Below are positions 36,454 through 50,477 of a DNA stretch of 64,000 nt, piece after piece. The stretch is from Macrostomum lignano (lineage: Eukaryota): positions 186,001 through 250,000 of the forward strand of contig NIVC01001450.1 in the NCBI GenBank assembly GCA_002269645.1, in the 5' to 3' direction. Position 1 is the first letter of the stretch, and every line of letters begins with the position of its first letter. Under the pieces are notes generated by a model. It saw only the letters and a program-made list of their open reading frames with translations, ran no database searches and was not told where the DNA came from. The position numbers and the translations under genes are program-made.

Positions 36454-37009
36454 CCATCGCTGTTGACTATTGAAAGCTCTAAATAAAACCCCTGTGACTG
36501 CAGCACATAACTTTCCTCGAAATGTTTTAGTTTCTTAAAGCCGGGGTCAGATAGAATACCGTACGATCGTAGCTGCATGTAGAAAAGTTAGTTTTCAATC
36601 TACGAGTAAAATTAAAAGCTGCCTAATTAGGGAAACTACAACATGTACGTATTGTATAAGTATTAATAGAATTTCAGAAATAAATTTTAGCAATTTAACT
36701 TGCTTTATTAAATTGTCACAGATCAGATGAATTATTGAAAATGAAGGGTATATTTTCAAAGGTGTACAAATTGACAGCATAAATTATCAATTAATGCTTC
36801 CTGTGTCATTTAAATCTGAAACACTAGCACAAAATTTATCACAGCAACACTGCTACATTAGATCAGGAGCCATAAAGTCCACCCATTTACAATTAAAGTT
36901 CTCAATTTATGAAAGCACAAAATATTTAAAAATAATTTGGCACTACATGTCAAGCTTAAAAAACTTGAATAATTAAAATATTAGGCCTGCTCAATGTTCT
37001 CAGCGCTCT

Positions 37010-37370
37010 CACATCTAGTCCCCTCTCTCCTCTCCTCTCATCTTCTCTTATCTTTCCTCTCCTCTCTCCTCTTTCTCTCCTCTCTCCTCACTCATCTTCT
37101 CCTCTCCTCTCTCATCTTCTTCTCCTCTCCTCTCTCATCTTCTTCTCCTCTCCTCTCTCATCTTCTTCTCCTCTCCTCTCTCATCTTCTTCTCCTCTCCT
37201 CTCTCATCTTCTTCTCCTCTCCTCTCTCATCTTCTTCTCCTCTCCTCTCTCATCTTCTTCTCCTCTCCTCTCTCATCTTCTTCTCCTCTCCTCTCTCATC
37301 TTCTTCTCCTCTCCTCTCTCATCTTCTTCTCCTCTCCTCTCTCATCTTCTTCTCCTCTCCTCTCTCCTGT
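37010..37370. repeat. Pyrimidine-rich CT minisatellite
   Basis: CTCTCATCTTCTTCTCCTCTCCT-type units. Confidence 0.9.
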
Positions 37371-37833
37371 CATCTTTTTCTCATGTACAAAAACGATTTT
37401 GTTTAATAAGCATTTATTCCTTCGTGCATTATTCAAATTGGCCGATGCTTTCTTTGACAGCCGTGTGAATGAGCCTTTAGCCTTCTAAAAAACTTGAGCA
37501 CCAAAACAGAACTAAACAGTGCATTGTGCAACCTCAGAGCCGATAAAAGATTAGCCAAAAATCAATTATTAAAACCGAAAATAGTTGAGTAACCGAAGAC
37601 CCTGGAGTTATAAATTATTCAGCATGACATCGATTAGCTGGCTGGGTGTGAGCCTGGAATTTGAATAAAAGATTATAACAATATAAAACAGTGAAGATTT
37701 ATATAATACAAAAATGTAAAATCATGCAGGAATTTACACTTTCTCTAATCACTTTATCAGACAAAACGGCTGGCATATGGACATGTCACTACGAGCTAAA
37801 TCGTATTATAAGCTACTGAAAGTAATAATAGTT

Positions 37834-38078
37834 GATAACACCTGCCCTAATAGGAAATTGTGCAACCGACAGCTCAGCCGCAGCTATCCGCGGCGCATCT
37901 GAAGGCTGCGTACGGCTGTTCAGTCCAAGGACTGGGGGGTCGCCACACACAGCCTCAATTACCCCAGCTAATGCTGGCACCCATTTTACAGCTGGGTGAA
38001 CTGAAGCAATGCAGAGTGGAATCGGGAATCGAACCCGCGACCTTCAAGTCGTGAGGCTGACGCTCTGACCACTAGGCT
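37834..38078 (-). mobile_element. tRNA-derived SINE, family A
   Basis: Same head, body and tail as the copies at 38659 and 45714, reversed. Confidence 0.85.
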
Positions 38079-38230
38079 AGTAGTACTTTTCTAGATCAAA
38101 AGGCTACTTGAAAGCTTTGGCAATAATTATCAGAACAAGAAGCCGAGTGAGCAATGAAATAATCAATATTTATAAATTCCGCAATATAAATCATCTCCGA
38201 ATTCCAAGTTGCAGAACAAGCAAGCTCCAG

Positions 38231-41200
38231 TCACACCAGCACCCAGTCAGACAGCAGGCCGTCCTCACCAGCGCTGGCTCCGCTGATGCCGCGCGGCAGC
38301 AGCTCGGCCGCATCGGCCAGGGCCAGCGAGACCACCGCAAAGGCGGCCACACAGCGGTCCATCTCGGCCGGGTCCTGCACGGTCATCATGTCGCCTTCGC
38401 TATGGTGAAAGTAAAAATAAAAATCATCCGGCTGGCCGGCCCGTTTCGTCAGCAGGTCGCCAACTGGGACGCCGGACTTTGCCCACACCGTGATGTCGGG
38501 TCCGTCTGTCGAAGGCACCAGGGTGGTGGCGCCGATGGGTTCAAGGAGGTTCAGCACCTGCTGATAGGCCGATCGGGTGGCCTCGGATCCCGAGCAGGTG
38601 GTGCCGATGGGCCTGAATGTGGAATTAAAAATTTTAAGCATGTTTAGTAAAGTTTAAAGTAAGCCCAGTGGTCAGAGCGTCGGACTCATGACTTGAAGGT
38701 CGCGGGTTCGATTCCCAATCTAAACTAGAACAATTTGTGTCCTTTGAGCAAGACACTTAACTCTCTGCAAATGGGTGCCAGCATTAGCTGGGGTAATTGA
38801 GGGTGTGTGGCGACCCCCCCCCCACAGTCCTTGGACTGAACAGCCGTTACGCAGCCTCCAGATGCACCGAACAAATAGCTGCGGCTGAGCTGTCGGTTGC
38901 ACATCTGGCCCATTAGGGCAGGTGTAATCAATTATTTTTTCAATTGCCTTAATTGAGGGTTTTAAGGGCGACATTAGCTAAAGATATGCGGGCCGCAAAA
39001 AGTGCATAAAAGGTGTGCAATAAAAATAAAACTCAGATCAAGAAGCAACTGCAGTCCAAATAGCCGCACACGCACCCAAAAGTGCCGCTGTCCGATTCCA
39101 GCATAAAGGAGATTTTATCAGCCAGTTCGGCCTTGTGCCGCTCATAGTAGGCATTGCCGCCCAGAATGCCGAATTCCTCACCGGAGAACAGCACCAACCG
39201 GATGGTGCGCCTGGGCCGCAGCCCCATCTCCAGCAGGGTGCGCACCGACTGCATGGCGCAGAAGGCGCCGCCGCCATCGTCCATGGCGCCCTGCGAATTG
39301 AAAAACAAATTAATAATCAATTAGCAAAGCAGCACAACTTTGTGGCTGATTAGGATTCATTCAAATTCATTTGGGGCTTGTGTGCATGAAAATTGGCTCT
39401 TAGATTGTCGTGCCCTGACGGCCAAACCCCAAGACCTAGAGAATGTACATGTCTAACGCTGTGCACCCTGTGTGAGTCAGTGGTTTGAGCGTCGGACTGA
39501 AAGGTCGGGGGTTCGATTTGTGTCCTTTAGGCAAGACGCTTAACTCTCTGCATTCATGCTTCAGTTCACCCAGCTGTAAAAATGGGTGCCAGCATTAGCT
39601 GGGGTAATTGAGGCTGTGTGTGGCGACCCCCCACCCCCAGTCCTTGGCCTGAACAGCCGTACGCAGCCTTCAGATGCCGCCACACAATAGCCATTAGGGC
39701 AGGTGTAATCTATAATTATCAATTATTATTACAATGCAGTGCTCAGGGTCAACTTCGCCGAAGGCATTTTTTGTACTCAGACCAAACAGACCAGGATAAC
39801 AGCAAACTCAACCTGGGCTTACTCTGGGACTGCTCAAGAAGATCGGGACTCTACTATGGTTCTTGGGAAATCTTGATTTTTACAGGAAAAATGCCATTTC
39901 TTTTGGTAAGGCAGAACCAGTGTTCATCTTTTGATTTGCTGTGCCTTTCTTACAGCTCTATCGACATTCAAGAAGCTTTTTGTTCAGAAAATTGGGATTC
40001 TATGTTAATTTTATTTTCTGCACCTTAAAATCATAAAAATGCATGGCACAACCTAACTAACTGGTTTTATGAATCCATTTCATCATTCTTAGCTGACTAT
40101 GTAACAGAGATGATTTCTCGCTACAGGAACGAATGTACATTACATAGAATAAAGAATTAACATAGAATTCTAATTTTCTAAACAAAAAGCTTTATGAATA
40201 TCGATAGAGCAATAAGAAAGGCAGAACATTATAAGAAAGAAATAATAATAAGAAATAATAAGAAAGGCTCAAAGGAACTCAAAACAATAAAAATTGTGTA
40301 CAAAACCAACCGTACCTGTCCGACATCCCAAGAGTCGATGTGGCCGCAGACCACAACCAGCTCCTGCGGCTTCTCGCTACCTTCCAAGTCGGCAACGATA
40401 TTGCGCGACTCCTGAACGCCTGCGGAGCCGCAGGACATGCGCAGCCGGACGCGAACTTTGTCGCCCCGTCTGGAAAATAGTAGATAGAAAATCTGGCCAT
40501 TCCGCAGACTCCTGTGCACACAGTACTGTACGCAGGCACGGCACTCATGCACACGCTCACCCAGGATGTACTCGTACATTGGTCCACGCACAGTGGCACA
40601 CGAGCTCCAAGCTAATGTGGCCGCCCACAGAATGAACCAGGGCTCGTAGCGCGAGAGTCAGACGCGTTTACCGCTAAGCTGCTCTGCCATCTGACAGACA
40701 GACTCAGACAGGCTCAGACAGACTCAGACAGACTCAGACACACTCAGAAACACTCAGACAGACTCAGACAGACTCAGACACACTCAGACAGAATCAGACA
40801 GACTCAGACAGACGCAGACAGACTCAGACAGACTCAGACAGACTCAGACAGACTCAGACAGACTCAGACAGACTCAGACACACTCAGACAGACTCAGACA
40901 GACTCAGACACACTCAGAAAGACTCAGATAGACCCAGACAGACTCAGACAGACTCAGACAGACTCAGACAGACTCAGACAGACTCAGACAGACTCAGACA
41001 GACTCAGACAGACTCAGACAGACTCAGACAGGCTCAGACAGGCTCAGACAGACTCAGACGGGCTCAGACACACTCAGACAGACTCAGACAGACTCAGACA
41101 GACTCAGACAGACTCAGACAGACTCAGACAGACTCAGACAGACTCAGACAGACTCAGACAGGCTCAGACAGGCTCAGACAGACTCAGACGGGCTCAGACA

Positions 41201-44200
41201 CACTCAGACAGACTCAGACAGACTCAGACAGGCTCAGACAGGCTCAGACACACTCAGAAACACTCAGACAGACTCAGACAGACTCAGACAGACTCAGACA
41301 GACTCAGACAGACTCAGACAGACTCAGACAGACTCAGACAGACTCAGACAGACTCAGACAGGCTCAGACAGGCTCAGACACACTCAGAAACACTCAGACA
41401 GACTCAGACAGACTCAGACACACTCAGACAGACTCAGACAGGCTCAGACAGACTCAGACAGACTCAGACAGACTCAGATAGACCCAGACAGACTCAGACA
41501 CACTCAGACAGGCTCAAACAGACTCAGATAGACCCAGACAGACACAGACAGGCTCAGACAGACTCAGACGGGCTCAGACACACTCAGACAGACTCAGACA
41601 GACTCAGACAGACTCAGACAGACTCAGACAGACTCAGACAGACTCAGACAGGCTCAGACAGGCTCAGACAGGCTCAGACACACTCAGAAACACTCAGACA
41701 GACTCAGACAGACTCAGACACACTCAGACAGACTCAGACAGGCTCAGACAGACTCAGACAGACTCAGACAGACTCAGACAGACTCAGACAGACTCAGACA
41801 GACTCAGATAGACCCAGACAGGCTCAGACACACTCAGAAACACTCAGACAGACTCAGACAGACTCAGACACACTCAGACAGACTCAGACAGGCTCAGACA
41901 GCCTCAGACACACTCAGACAGGCTCAAACAGACTCAGATAGACCCAGACAGACACAGACAGGCTCAGACAGACTCAGACAGGCTCAGACACACTCAGACA
42001 GACTCAGACCGACTCAGACAGACTCAGACAGACTCAGACAGGCTCAGACACACTCAGACAGACTCAGACAGACTCAGATAGACCCAGACAGACTCAGACA
42101 GACTCAGACAGACTCAGACAGACTCAGACAGACTCAGACAGACTCAGATAGACCCAGACAGACTCAGACAGACTCAGACAGACTCAGACAGACTCAGACA
42201 GACTCAGACAGACTCAGGCAGACTCAGACAGACTCAGACAGACTCAGGCAGACTCAGACAGACTCAGAGACTCAGGCAGACTCAGACAGACTCAGACAGA
42301 CTCAGACAGACTCAGACAGACTCAGACAGACTCAGACAGACTCAGACAGACTCAGATAGACTCAGACAGACTCAGACAGACTCAGGCAGACTCAGACAGA
42401 CTCAGAGACTTAGGCAGACTCAGACAGACTCAGACAGACTCAGACAGACTCAGACAGACTCAGACAGACTCAGAAAGGCTCAGACGGACTCAGACAGACT
42501 CAGACAGACTCAGACAGACTCAGACAGACTCAGACAGACTCAGATAGACCCAGACAGACTCAGACAGACTCAGACAGACTCAGACAGACTCAGATAGACT
42601 CAGTTGACCCAGACAGACTCAGACAGACTCAGACAGACTCAGATAGACCCAGACAGACTCAGACAGACTCAGACAGGCTCAGACAGACTCAGACAGACTC
42701 AGACAGACTCAGACAGACTCAGACAGACTCAGATAGACTCAGATAGACCCAGACAGACTCAGACAGACTCAGACAGACTCAGACAGACTCAGATAGACCC
42801 AGACAGACTCAGACAGACTCAGACAGACTCAGACAGACTCAGACAGACTCAGACAGACTCAGACAGACCCAGACAGACTCAGACAGACTCAGACAGACTC
42901 AGACAGACTCAGACAGACTCAGATAGACTCAGACAGACTCAGACAGACTCAGACAGACTCAGATAGACCCAGACAGACAGACTCAGACAGACTCAGACGG
43001 ACTCAGACAGACTCAGACAGACTCAGACAGACTCAGACAGACTCAGACAGACTCAGACAGACTCAGACAGACTCAGACAGACTCAGACAGACTCAGACAG
43101 ACTCAGACAGGCTCAGACAGACTCAGAAAGACTCAGACAGACTCAGACAGACTCAGACAGACTCAGACAGACTCAGACAGACTCAGACAGACCCAGACAG
43201 ACAGACCGACTCAGACCGACTCAGACAGACTCAGATAGACCCAGACAGACTCAGACAGACTCAGACAGACTCAGACAGACTCAGACAGACTCAGACAGAC
43301 TCAGATAGACCCAGACAGACAGACTCAGACAGACTCAGAAAGGCTCAGACGGACTCAGACAGACTCAGACAGACTCAGATAGACCCAGACAGACTCAGAC
43401 AGACTCAGACAGACTCAGACAGACTCAGACAGACTCAGACAGACTCAGATAGACCCAGACAGACTCAGACAGACTCAGACAGACTCAGATAGACCCAGAC
43501 AGACTCAGACAGACTCAGACAGACTCAGACAGACTCAGACAGACTCAGACAGACTCAGACAGACTCAGACAGACTCAGACAGACTCAGATAGACCCAGAC
43601 AGACTCAGACAGACTCAGACAGACTCAGATAGACCCAGAAAGACTCAGACAGACTCAGACAGACTCAGACAGACTCAGACAGACTCAGACAGACTCAGAC
43701 AGACTCAGATAGACCCAAACAGACTCAGACAGACTCAGACAGACTCAGACAGACTCAGATAGACCCAGACAGACAGACTCAGACAGACTCAGACAGACTC
43801 AGACAGACTCAGACAGACTCAGACAGACTCAGACAGACTCAGATAGACCCAGACAGACAGACTCAGACAGACTCAGAAAGGCTCAGACGGACTCAGACAG
43901 ACTCAGACAGACTCAGACAGACTCAGACAGACTCAGACAGACTCAGACAGACTCAGATAGACCTAGACAGACAGACTCAGACAGACTCAGAAAGGCTCAG
44001 ACGGACTCAGACAGACTCAGACAGACTCAGACAGACTCAGACAGACTCAGACAGACCCAGACAGACAGACCGACTCAGAAAGGCTCAGACGGACTCAGAC
44101 AGACTCAGACAGACTCAGACAGACTCAGACAGACTCAGACAGACTCAGATAGACCCAGACAGACTCAGACAGACTCAGACAGACTCAGATAGACCCAGAA

Positions 44201-45091
44201 AGACTCAGACAGACTCAGACAGACTCAGACAGACTCAGACAGACTCAGACAGACTCAGACAGACTCAGATAGACCCAGACAGACTCAGACAGACTCAGAC
44301 AGACTCAGACAGACTCAGATAGACCCAGACAGACAGACTCAGACAGACTCAGACAGACTCAGACAGACTCAGACAGACTCAGACAGACTCAGACAGACTC
44401 AGATAGACCCAGACAGACAGACTCAGACAGACTCAGAAAGGCTCAGACGGACTCAGACAGACTCAGACGGACTCAGACAGACTCAGACAGACTCAGACAG
44501 ACTCAGACAGACTCAGACAGACTCAGATAGACCTAGACAGACAGACTCAGACAGACTCAGAAAGGCTCAGACGGACTCAGACAGACTCAGACAGACTCAG
44601 ACAGACTCAGACAGACTCAGACAGACTCAGACAGACCCAGACAGACAGACCGACTCAGAAAGGCTCAGACGGACTCAGACAGACTCAGACAGACTCAGAC
44701 AGACTCAGACAGACCCAGACAGACTCAGACAGACTCAGAAACACTCAGACAGACTCAGATAGACCCAGACAGACTCAGACAGACTCAGACAGACTCAGAT
44801 AGACCCAGACAGACTCAGACAGACTCAGACAGACTCAGACAGACTCAGACAGACTCAGACAGACTCAGACAGACTCAGACAGACTCAGACAGACTCAGAC
44901 AGACTCAGACAGACTCAGACAGACTCAGACAGACTCAGACAGACTCAGACAGACTCAGACAGACTCAGACAGGCTCAGACACACTCAGACAGACTCAGAC
45001 AGACTCAGACAGACTCAGATAGACCCAGACAGACAGACCGACTCAGAAAGGCTCAGACGGACTCAGACAGACGACAGAATCAGACAGACTC

Positions 45092-45124
<33 letters not shown>

Positions 45125-46355
45125 GCCAGACAGACAGTCTGTCGGGAAGCAAAGGTGGCACTGCCACTCACTTGTAGATGCGGTGCATCAGCTCGGCGTC
45201 TTCAACGGTGATGCAGCAGGCGGGAATCTGGACAGGCAGGCCGGGCTCGTACTCCTGCATGCCGGTGTGCGGCGAGCCAATGGAAAACGGCGTCACGGAG
45301 CGAATGAGGGCGGCTACGGCGCCGTACTTGGAAGCGCGACTGGCGCCGTCTGTTCTGTACTGGACAGACACGCCGTAGCCCTTGTACAGCTGGTTGTACA
45401 CGACTATCTTGCCGGATATGCCAGCTTTGCCCAGCCTGTCCAGCTCGTTGAAGCTCTCCACGACAACGCAGTCGGCCTCGATGCTGCCATCGGCGCTGTC
45501 AGAAGCCGCGGCGGTGCCAACCGAGGAGCCGAGGCTGAGCATGGGCAGCCGCTTGCTCAGCGGAGCCACGAGCTCGGCAGATTCGGCACCTCGCTGCCAG
45601 CCTTCGAAGCTGAATGACTCGGTGTGCACCTGGGGAGAGCGGGGCAAGTCTCAGTTTTATCTGAGATTTGAGACTTCGAGCTAGGGTCTATGTTGACATT
45701 GATGTTGGTATGTTGGGGGTTGTGGCCTAGTGGTCAAAGCGTCGGACTTCTGACTTAAAGGTCGGGGGTTCGATTCTCGACTCACTACTCGGAACATTCT
45801 GTGTCCTTGGGCAAGACACTTAACTCTCTGCATTCATGCTTCAGTTCACCCAGCTGTAAAATGGGTGCCAGCATTAGCTGGGATAATCGAGGGTGTGTGT
45901 GTGGCGACCCCCCAGTCCTTGGACTGAACAGCCGTATGTAGCCTTCAGCTGCAGCTGAGCTGTCAGTTGCACATTTGCCCATTAGGGCAGGTGTAATTAA
46001 TTATTATTATGGCATCCCGAGACACGAATCTTGACCCTGGATGCTGTTTAAGTCAAGTTCCATATTTTCTGTAATTATCATCACATTATGCCAAAAGGCA
46101 TTAAAAAACCCCAGTTAACAAATCGACAAACCTTCAAGCTCCCAAGAGACTCCAGTTCTGACACAAGATGGCTGATGGCATCTTCTAACCGTTGGGTGCC
46201 CACTTTTCTAGAGCCAAAGCGGTCAACAAAAGTGGCCAGGTTTTTATAAGCCTTGCCAGAGCCGTCACCTTTGGTCACATAGTCAATTATCTGACTGTAG
46301 ACTGGATCTAAATTTTGCTTAGTTGACTGATAGCCACCATACATGATTATAAGCT
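38231..46355 (-). CDS. CPQ: Carboxypeptidase Q (plasma glutamate carboxypeptidase, M28 family); signal-peptide exon not located
   Basis: Exons ~46355-46132, 45629-45172, 40469-40316, 39290-39076, 38612-38231; phases match. Zinc-ligand and catalytic motifs GHIDSWDVGQGAMDDGGG, FSGEEFG, LESDSGTF, YFHHSEGD; PA-domain GKIVVYN..YG..V.YRTDGASRASKYGAVAALIRSVTPFSI.SPHTG. Confidence 0.93.
38659..38935 (+). mobile_element. tRNA-derived SINE, family A, in the last CPQ intron
   Basis: A box AGTGGTCAGAGCG, B box GGTTCGATTCC, CORE-like TGTGTCCTTTGAGCAAGACACTTAACTCTCTGC, tail ATTAGGGCAGGTGTAATCAATTATT. Confidence 0.88.
39475..39730 (+). mobile_element. tRNA-derived SINE, family A
   Basis: Same motifs, including CAGTTCACCCAGCTGTAAAAATGGG. 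Confidence 0.85.
39900..40235. mobile_element. Diverged remnant of the P-like long-TIR MITE family
   Basis: Shares CCAGTGTTCATCTTTTGAT..GCTCTATCGA..GGGATTCTATGTTAATT and the inverted counterpart with 50923-51620; termini lost. Confidence 0.7.
40492..40680 (-). mobile_element. SINE family B, diverged copy
   Basis: Reverse-strand match to the GGAGTCGGCGGAATGG tail and tRNA-like head of the copy at 53097. Confidence 0.55.
40695..45130. repeat. 4.4-kb (CAGACTCAGA)n 10-bp satellite filling a CPQ intron
   Basis: Roughly 440 units inside intron 40470-45171. Confidence 0.98.
45714..46010 (+). mobile_element. tRNA-derived SINE, family A, full length
   Basis: Head GGTTGTGGCCTAGTGGTCAAAGCG..GGTTCGATTC; CORE-like TGTGTCCTTGGGCAAGACACTTAACTCTCTGC..TTCAGTTCACCCAGCTGTAAAATGGG; (TTA)n tail. 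Confidence 0.9.
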
Positions 46356-46617
46356 CTAAAGGCTATTTATGCAAACTGTAATAGATGTGTAAAATGAACA
46401 ATTTATAAATAAAAGCACTTATAAAACAGGACTTTCCCTTGCTTTAGGAAGTAAAAATGTATCAATGTTCATTGAAACCTTATCAGTTGATAAAATTGAA
46501 TTTTATTGAAATATATATTAAATCATTTAGAATCAATAAATTATGTATTTTAATGCTATTTAAATTAATAGTGCTGTTTAATCATTTTATTCCTTATGGA
46601 TATAACAAAATCCTAGT

Positions 46618-46995
46618 CTAGGTTTTTTGGGCCATACAGGGGTTTTCGGTCCCTTGAAAATTTCATTGGCAACTGGATTTTTGGTATTCGAGACCAATCT
46701 GGCAACTTTATTTCCCCCAATCCAGTTGCCTTTTTAAAAAAAAGGATTTTGTAGGTGTAATAAAAGTGCCATAAAAATTGGTATAATGGAATTGTTAGTT
46801 TGTTATTGTTTGCAGTATAGATAGCAATTTTATAGTTGAGAGAACCAATTTCTGCTCTTCAAATGTAGCATTGGAAATATCCATCCTTGAGAATTTGGCT
46901 AGTTGCCAATGGCAACCAAAAATAGCCATTGGCAATTGAATTTTAAGCCAAAAGGGCTAGTTGGCAACTGGATTTCCAATCTTAAAAAAACCCAG
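46618..46995. mobile_element. hAT-like MITE, 378 bp
   Basis: TIRs CTAGGTTTTTT / AAAAAAACCCAG; perfect 8-bp TSD ATCCTAGT (46610-46617 and 46996-47003); internal GGCAAC/GTTGCC motifs. Confidence 0.75.
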
Positions 46996-47857
46996 ATCCT
47001 AGTGCTATGGAAGTCATACTAGATAGTTTGTCAGACAAGTTTGGTCTATTTTCTATTTATAATAGCATTAGACTAGGTGCTTAAGACTAGCCTATCTGAT
47101 TTACATGTGGATGCTAGCAATGGCATCTCACTTAAACCCTGCATGAGTTGGCAATGTCCAAAGAAATATCTCTGTGCTTAGCCTCAAGATAACCTCTATT
47201 TTTATTTTAAAGTTAAAATGCTCAATGATAGCTAGATAGCTTGACAAAAGTGTCAAAAAGAGCCAACCTCATGCTGAAAATATGTAGAAGACTAAAGTCT
47301 TGATTAGATCATGTACCAAGATGCTATTAAGAATAAGACCCTTTTTTCTACAATTGCATTCTAAACTTATGCATTTCTATATACTTTTATAGATTTATGC
47401 TAGAAATTTTCTATAGCATGGGCTAGCTAGGCTGTCTTATACTTAGTGCACTTGCTAGGGGGCCTATTATGATTTTTTGTGATATAAGGCTCTTAATGAT
47501 AGGACCAAGGCAGCCACTGCGACTGTTCTACTTTAGTACATTATTTTAAGACTGGCAGTTTGGGTTGGGCCTAATACCTAAAAATAGCTAGATGTTGCAC
47601 ACTAAAATATCATACCCAGAATTTGGTATGCACTATAGCCTAGGCCTGTCCTATAGGCAAGATCATGTCAACTATGCGCTAGAACATTTTTTCATTTTTT
47701 TCATTTTTCATGCACTACAACTATGCCACTTATGCTATATGTGCCAATGTAATATATTAAACTAAAAAAGCTTCTGCATGCCAGAATTCTCTAGGAAAAA
47801 TAATAGCATCTTGAGTGTGGAGCCTGCCTAAAATGAAATTTTGACCTGCTAGCTAGT

Positions 47858-50062
47858 TCCACCAGTGAACGAGCCGAGCCCGGCGCCGCTAAAGGCGGCG
47901 TCGGGCAAGAGCCAGAGAACCCGAGGCCCCACCAGGGGCCGAGGGCGAGTGAATAATTTCTACCCATGGCGGCCGAAGGCCGACATGGGCTAGAAAGTAT
48001 TTACGAGTAAATAAGTTAGACTCTTATGCATTTTGAAATTTCACGTTTTTTTGCTAAAAAATGCTCCTGTTTTGCAACCACTGCACCAATTGAGTTGAGT
48101 GAGGTGTTGATCGATAGAAAACTTTTAGATCTATCGAATGAATGTACTTTTAAATGCAGAGATTTTTTAAATGAGCCGTAAATTAACTGGAAAGACGATT
48201 TTTTCAAAAGTGCTTCTAGGAGATCTCAAAATTCTGGTACACCTTACCTTACGAGATACAGCTTCGACATCTGAGGATCAAAGTTATAAAACTAAATTTC
48301 CTACAAAATGGTATATGGCGCTTTGATTTATTTTGGTATCTTTATGTAGTTTTGGTGGGTTTTTTGGGTAAAAAAATGACCCTCATTTTATTATTTCCCC
48401 ACTTTTTCCTACGAAGCTTTTTGAGTTTTGGCTTCAAAGCAGTGCATTTGGATGCGCAATGCAAATATCTACAAGTGTCTAAAGTTTAGTTTTCCTACGC
48501 TTCTGCAGTGCTGAGAAAATTGACAAAAATCGATTTTTCAAAAAATCACATGACTTTCGCATTATTGCTCATTATAATTTTGAGAACATGGTGCGAATAA
48601 GCCAATATTGAATTTCTATAGCATAGTTGCTGTACTATATTGGTGTAAATTGCTGCCGTCTGCTTTCGCTGCTTTCGGATTGAAAAATCGATTAGAAATC
48701 GATAATTTGTGATTTTTGGCTGATTGGGTGCCAGAAAAATGGGTGATTAAAATTTTAAAAGATTTCTAGATCAAATGCGGATACTGCAACGAGTTGTACT
48801 AATGTCTGGCTAAAATTTACCAAGTTTTTGAGTGTCTGCAACAAGTGCTCATGTGTCAAAAGTGATTGGAAATCGATCAGAGTAGTGATTTTTTAATATT
48901 TTGCTTGAAATCTGGCAAAAAATGCAATAGGACAGCAATATTTTAATGACGCCTGATTTCCCACATAACAGGGCATATTTGTGTGCAATTTCTAGAGATT
49001 CGGTTTACTGAGTAAAAAATTATCGATAAAAAACTGAAAACTTGACTTTTTACTTTTATGTTAGTTCCGGGGCTATTTAAACTGGAAATGGTAGGAATTT
49101 CGCATTGAAACCAATGCACAGTGTTCCATATAGTTAATTTAACAAATTTTGTGAATTTCATAACCATTCAATGTTTTTTTCATGTAAAAAATGCCTTTTT
49201 TGCATCGAAATTCATCACATTAAGCTGCATACCGCTTTGCATAATCTGCATTTGCATGTGATTGCTTGCATGGCTTTGGCATTGGGCTGAGTTAAGCTGG
49301 TTAGAAAGGAAGGAAAGGAAAGGAAAGGAAGGAATAATTGTACATACAATATACACACCCGTCCCTTCCAAGTGGGGTTGTGGCAACGCGAGAGGGCTTG
49401 GCGGCTTGGTTTGGAGGGCGTGTAATAGAGCTTCATTTGACTCGCACACAAACCAAGGGAAATTAGATCGATAAATGGGCGTCACGTGATTAGAATTTCA
49501 TATTAAATTTAGCTCTTTAACTGCACATTTGAATTGCAAGCCCAGTACAAAGTTTGTCGGGCGCAAGATCCAAGTCACTACGTGTACAATCCTCCCCCCG
49601 ACTAAAAAGTCAGGCGATACGGCTTCTGAAGTAGGTATGTACAGTGTTTTGGAAAGACTTTATTTATAGCTTTCTTTGCAAAATATAACCCTGCTACGCT
49701 CTGGAGTCATTAGAAATTTTTTTATATCGAGGCCTTCTAAAGCCTATTATAGAAGACTCGATTCCAGCTCATGGCTGCGGGTCAGATGAGAGAGAAAGAG
49801 AATAGAGAAGAGATAAAACTAAAGAGAAGATAAGAAATAAAACGAGAGCTAGAAGCGAGAGGAGAGGGGAGACTAGAGAGAGATTAGAGTGGAGAGAAAC
49901 AGAACAAAGAGAGAAAATGGGAGAAGTAGAGATTTACATTTTTATTGAGCTTCTCAAAGTTCTTTTTCATCGGTACAAAACTAGGTTTATCAAGTAATAT
50001 GAAGACCCACGTCTAAAAAGAAGCCCGTTCACTGGTGGCAAAAAGACGTGTGCGTCTTCATA
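47858..50062. mobile_element. Unclassified 2.2-kb non-coding insertion bounded by 30-bp direct repeats
   Basis: CTAAAATGAAATTTTGACCTGCTAGCTAGT at 47828-47857 and 50063-50092; CACCAGTGAACG near the left end and its reverse complement inside a right-end hairpin. Confidence 0.55.
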
Positions 50063-50477
50063 CTAAAATGAAATTTTGACCTGCTAGCTAGTAGCTACTA
50101 TAAAAGATTATTTAGGCTAGGGCCTAGCTAGCTACCATATTAGGCCAAAGCCCAGAGTCTATACTATGAACTACTATATAGTTTGCTTAAATAGAACAAT
50201 ATCAGAGCCCACAAAGATAAAGCCAAGGACTAAAATGCATTACCCTTAGCTACTTCTATCCCAAGGATATGCAAAGTTGCAAATGCAAATCCCCTTTTTG
50301 ACTCTAATAAGGCCAGGGAAATTGGCTTTTAAAGCATAGCTTAAAGGCATACATTTTGACACTTCCTCTATGGCCAATTATAGCTACTAAGGTATATCTT
50401 GATTGCTTTGCTTTGTTGCTTGTTGCTTTGCATTTAATTACTCTATTTGACTTAAGTCATTGCTTATGTCATGAAAT

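Noticed and set aside
45714-45790. tRNA-like sequences at SINE heads (also 38659, 62868, 53097)
   Set aside because: A and B boxes are present, but the acceptor stems are broken and each runs into a shared SINE body; not functional tRNA genes
47130-47150. Mini-exon ATGCAGGGTTTAA|GTGAGA as the CPQ start
   Set aside because: Phase fits, but it yields no convincing signal peptide; needs cDNA evidence
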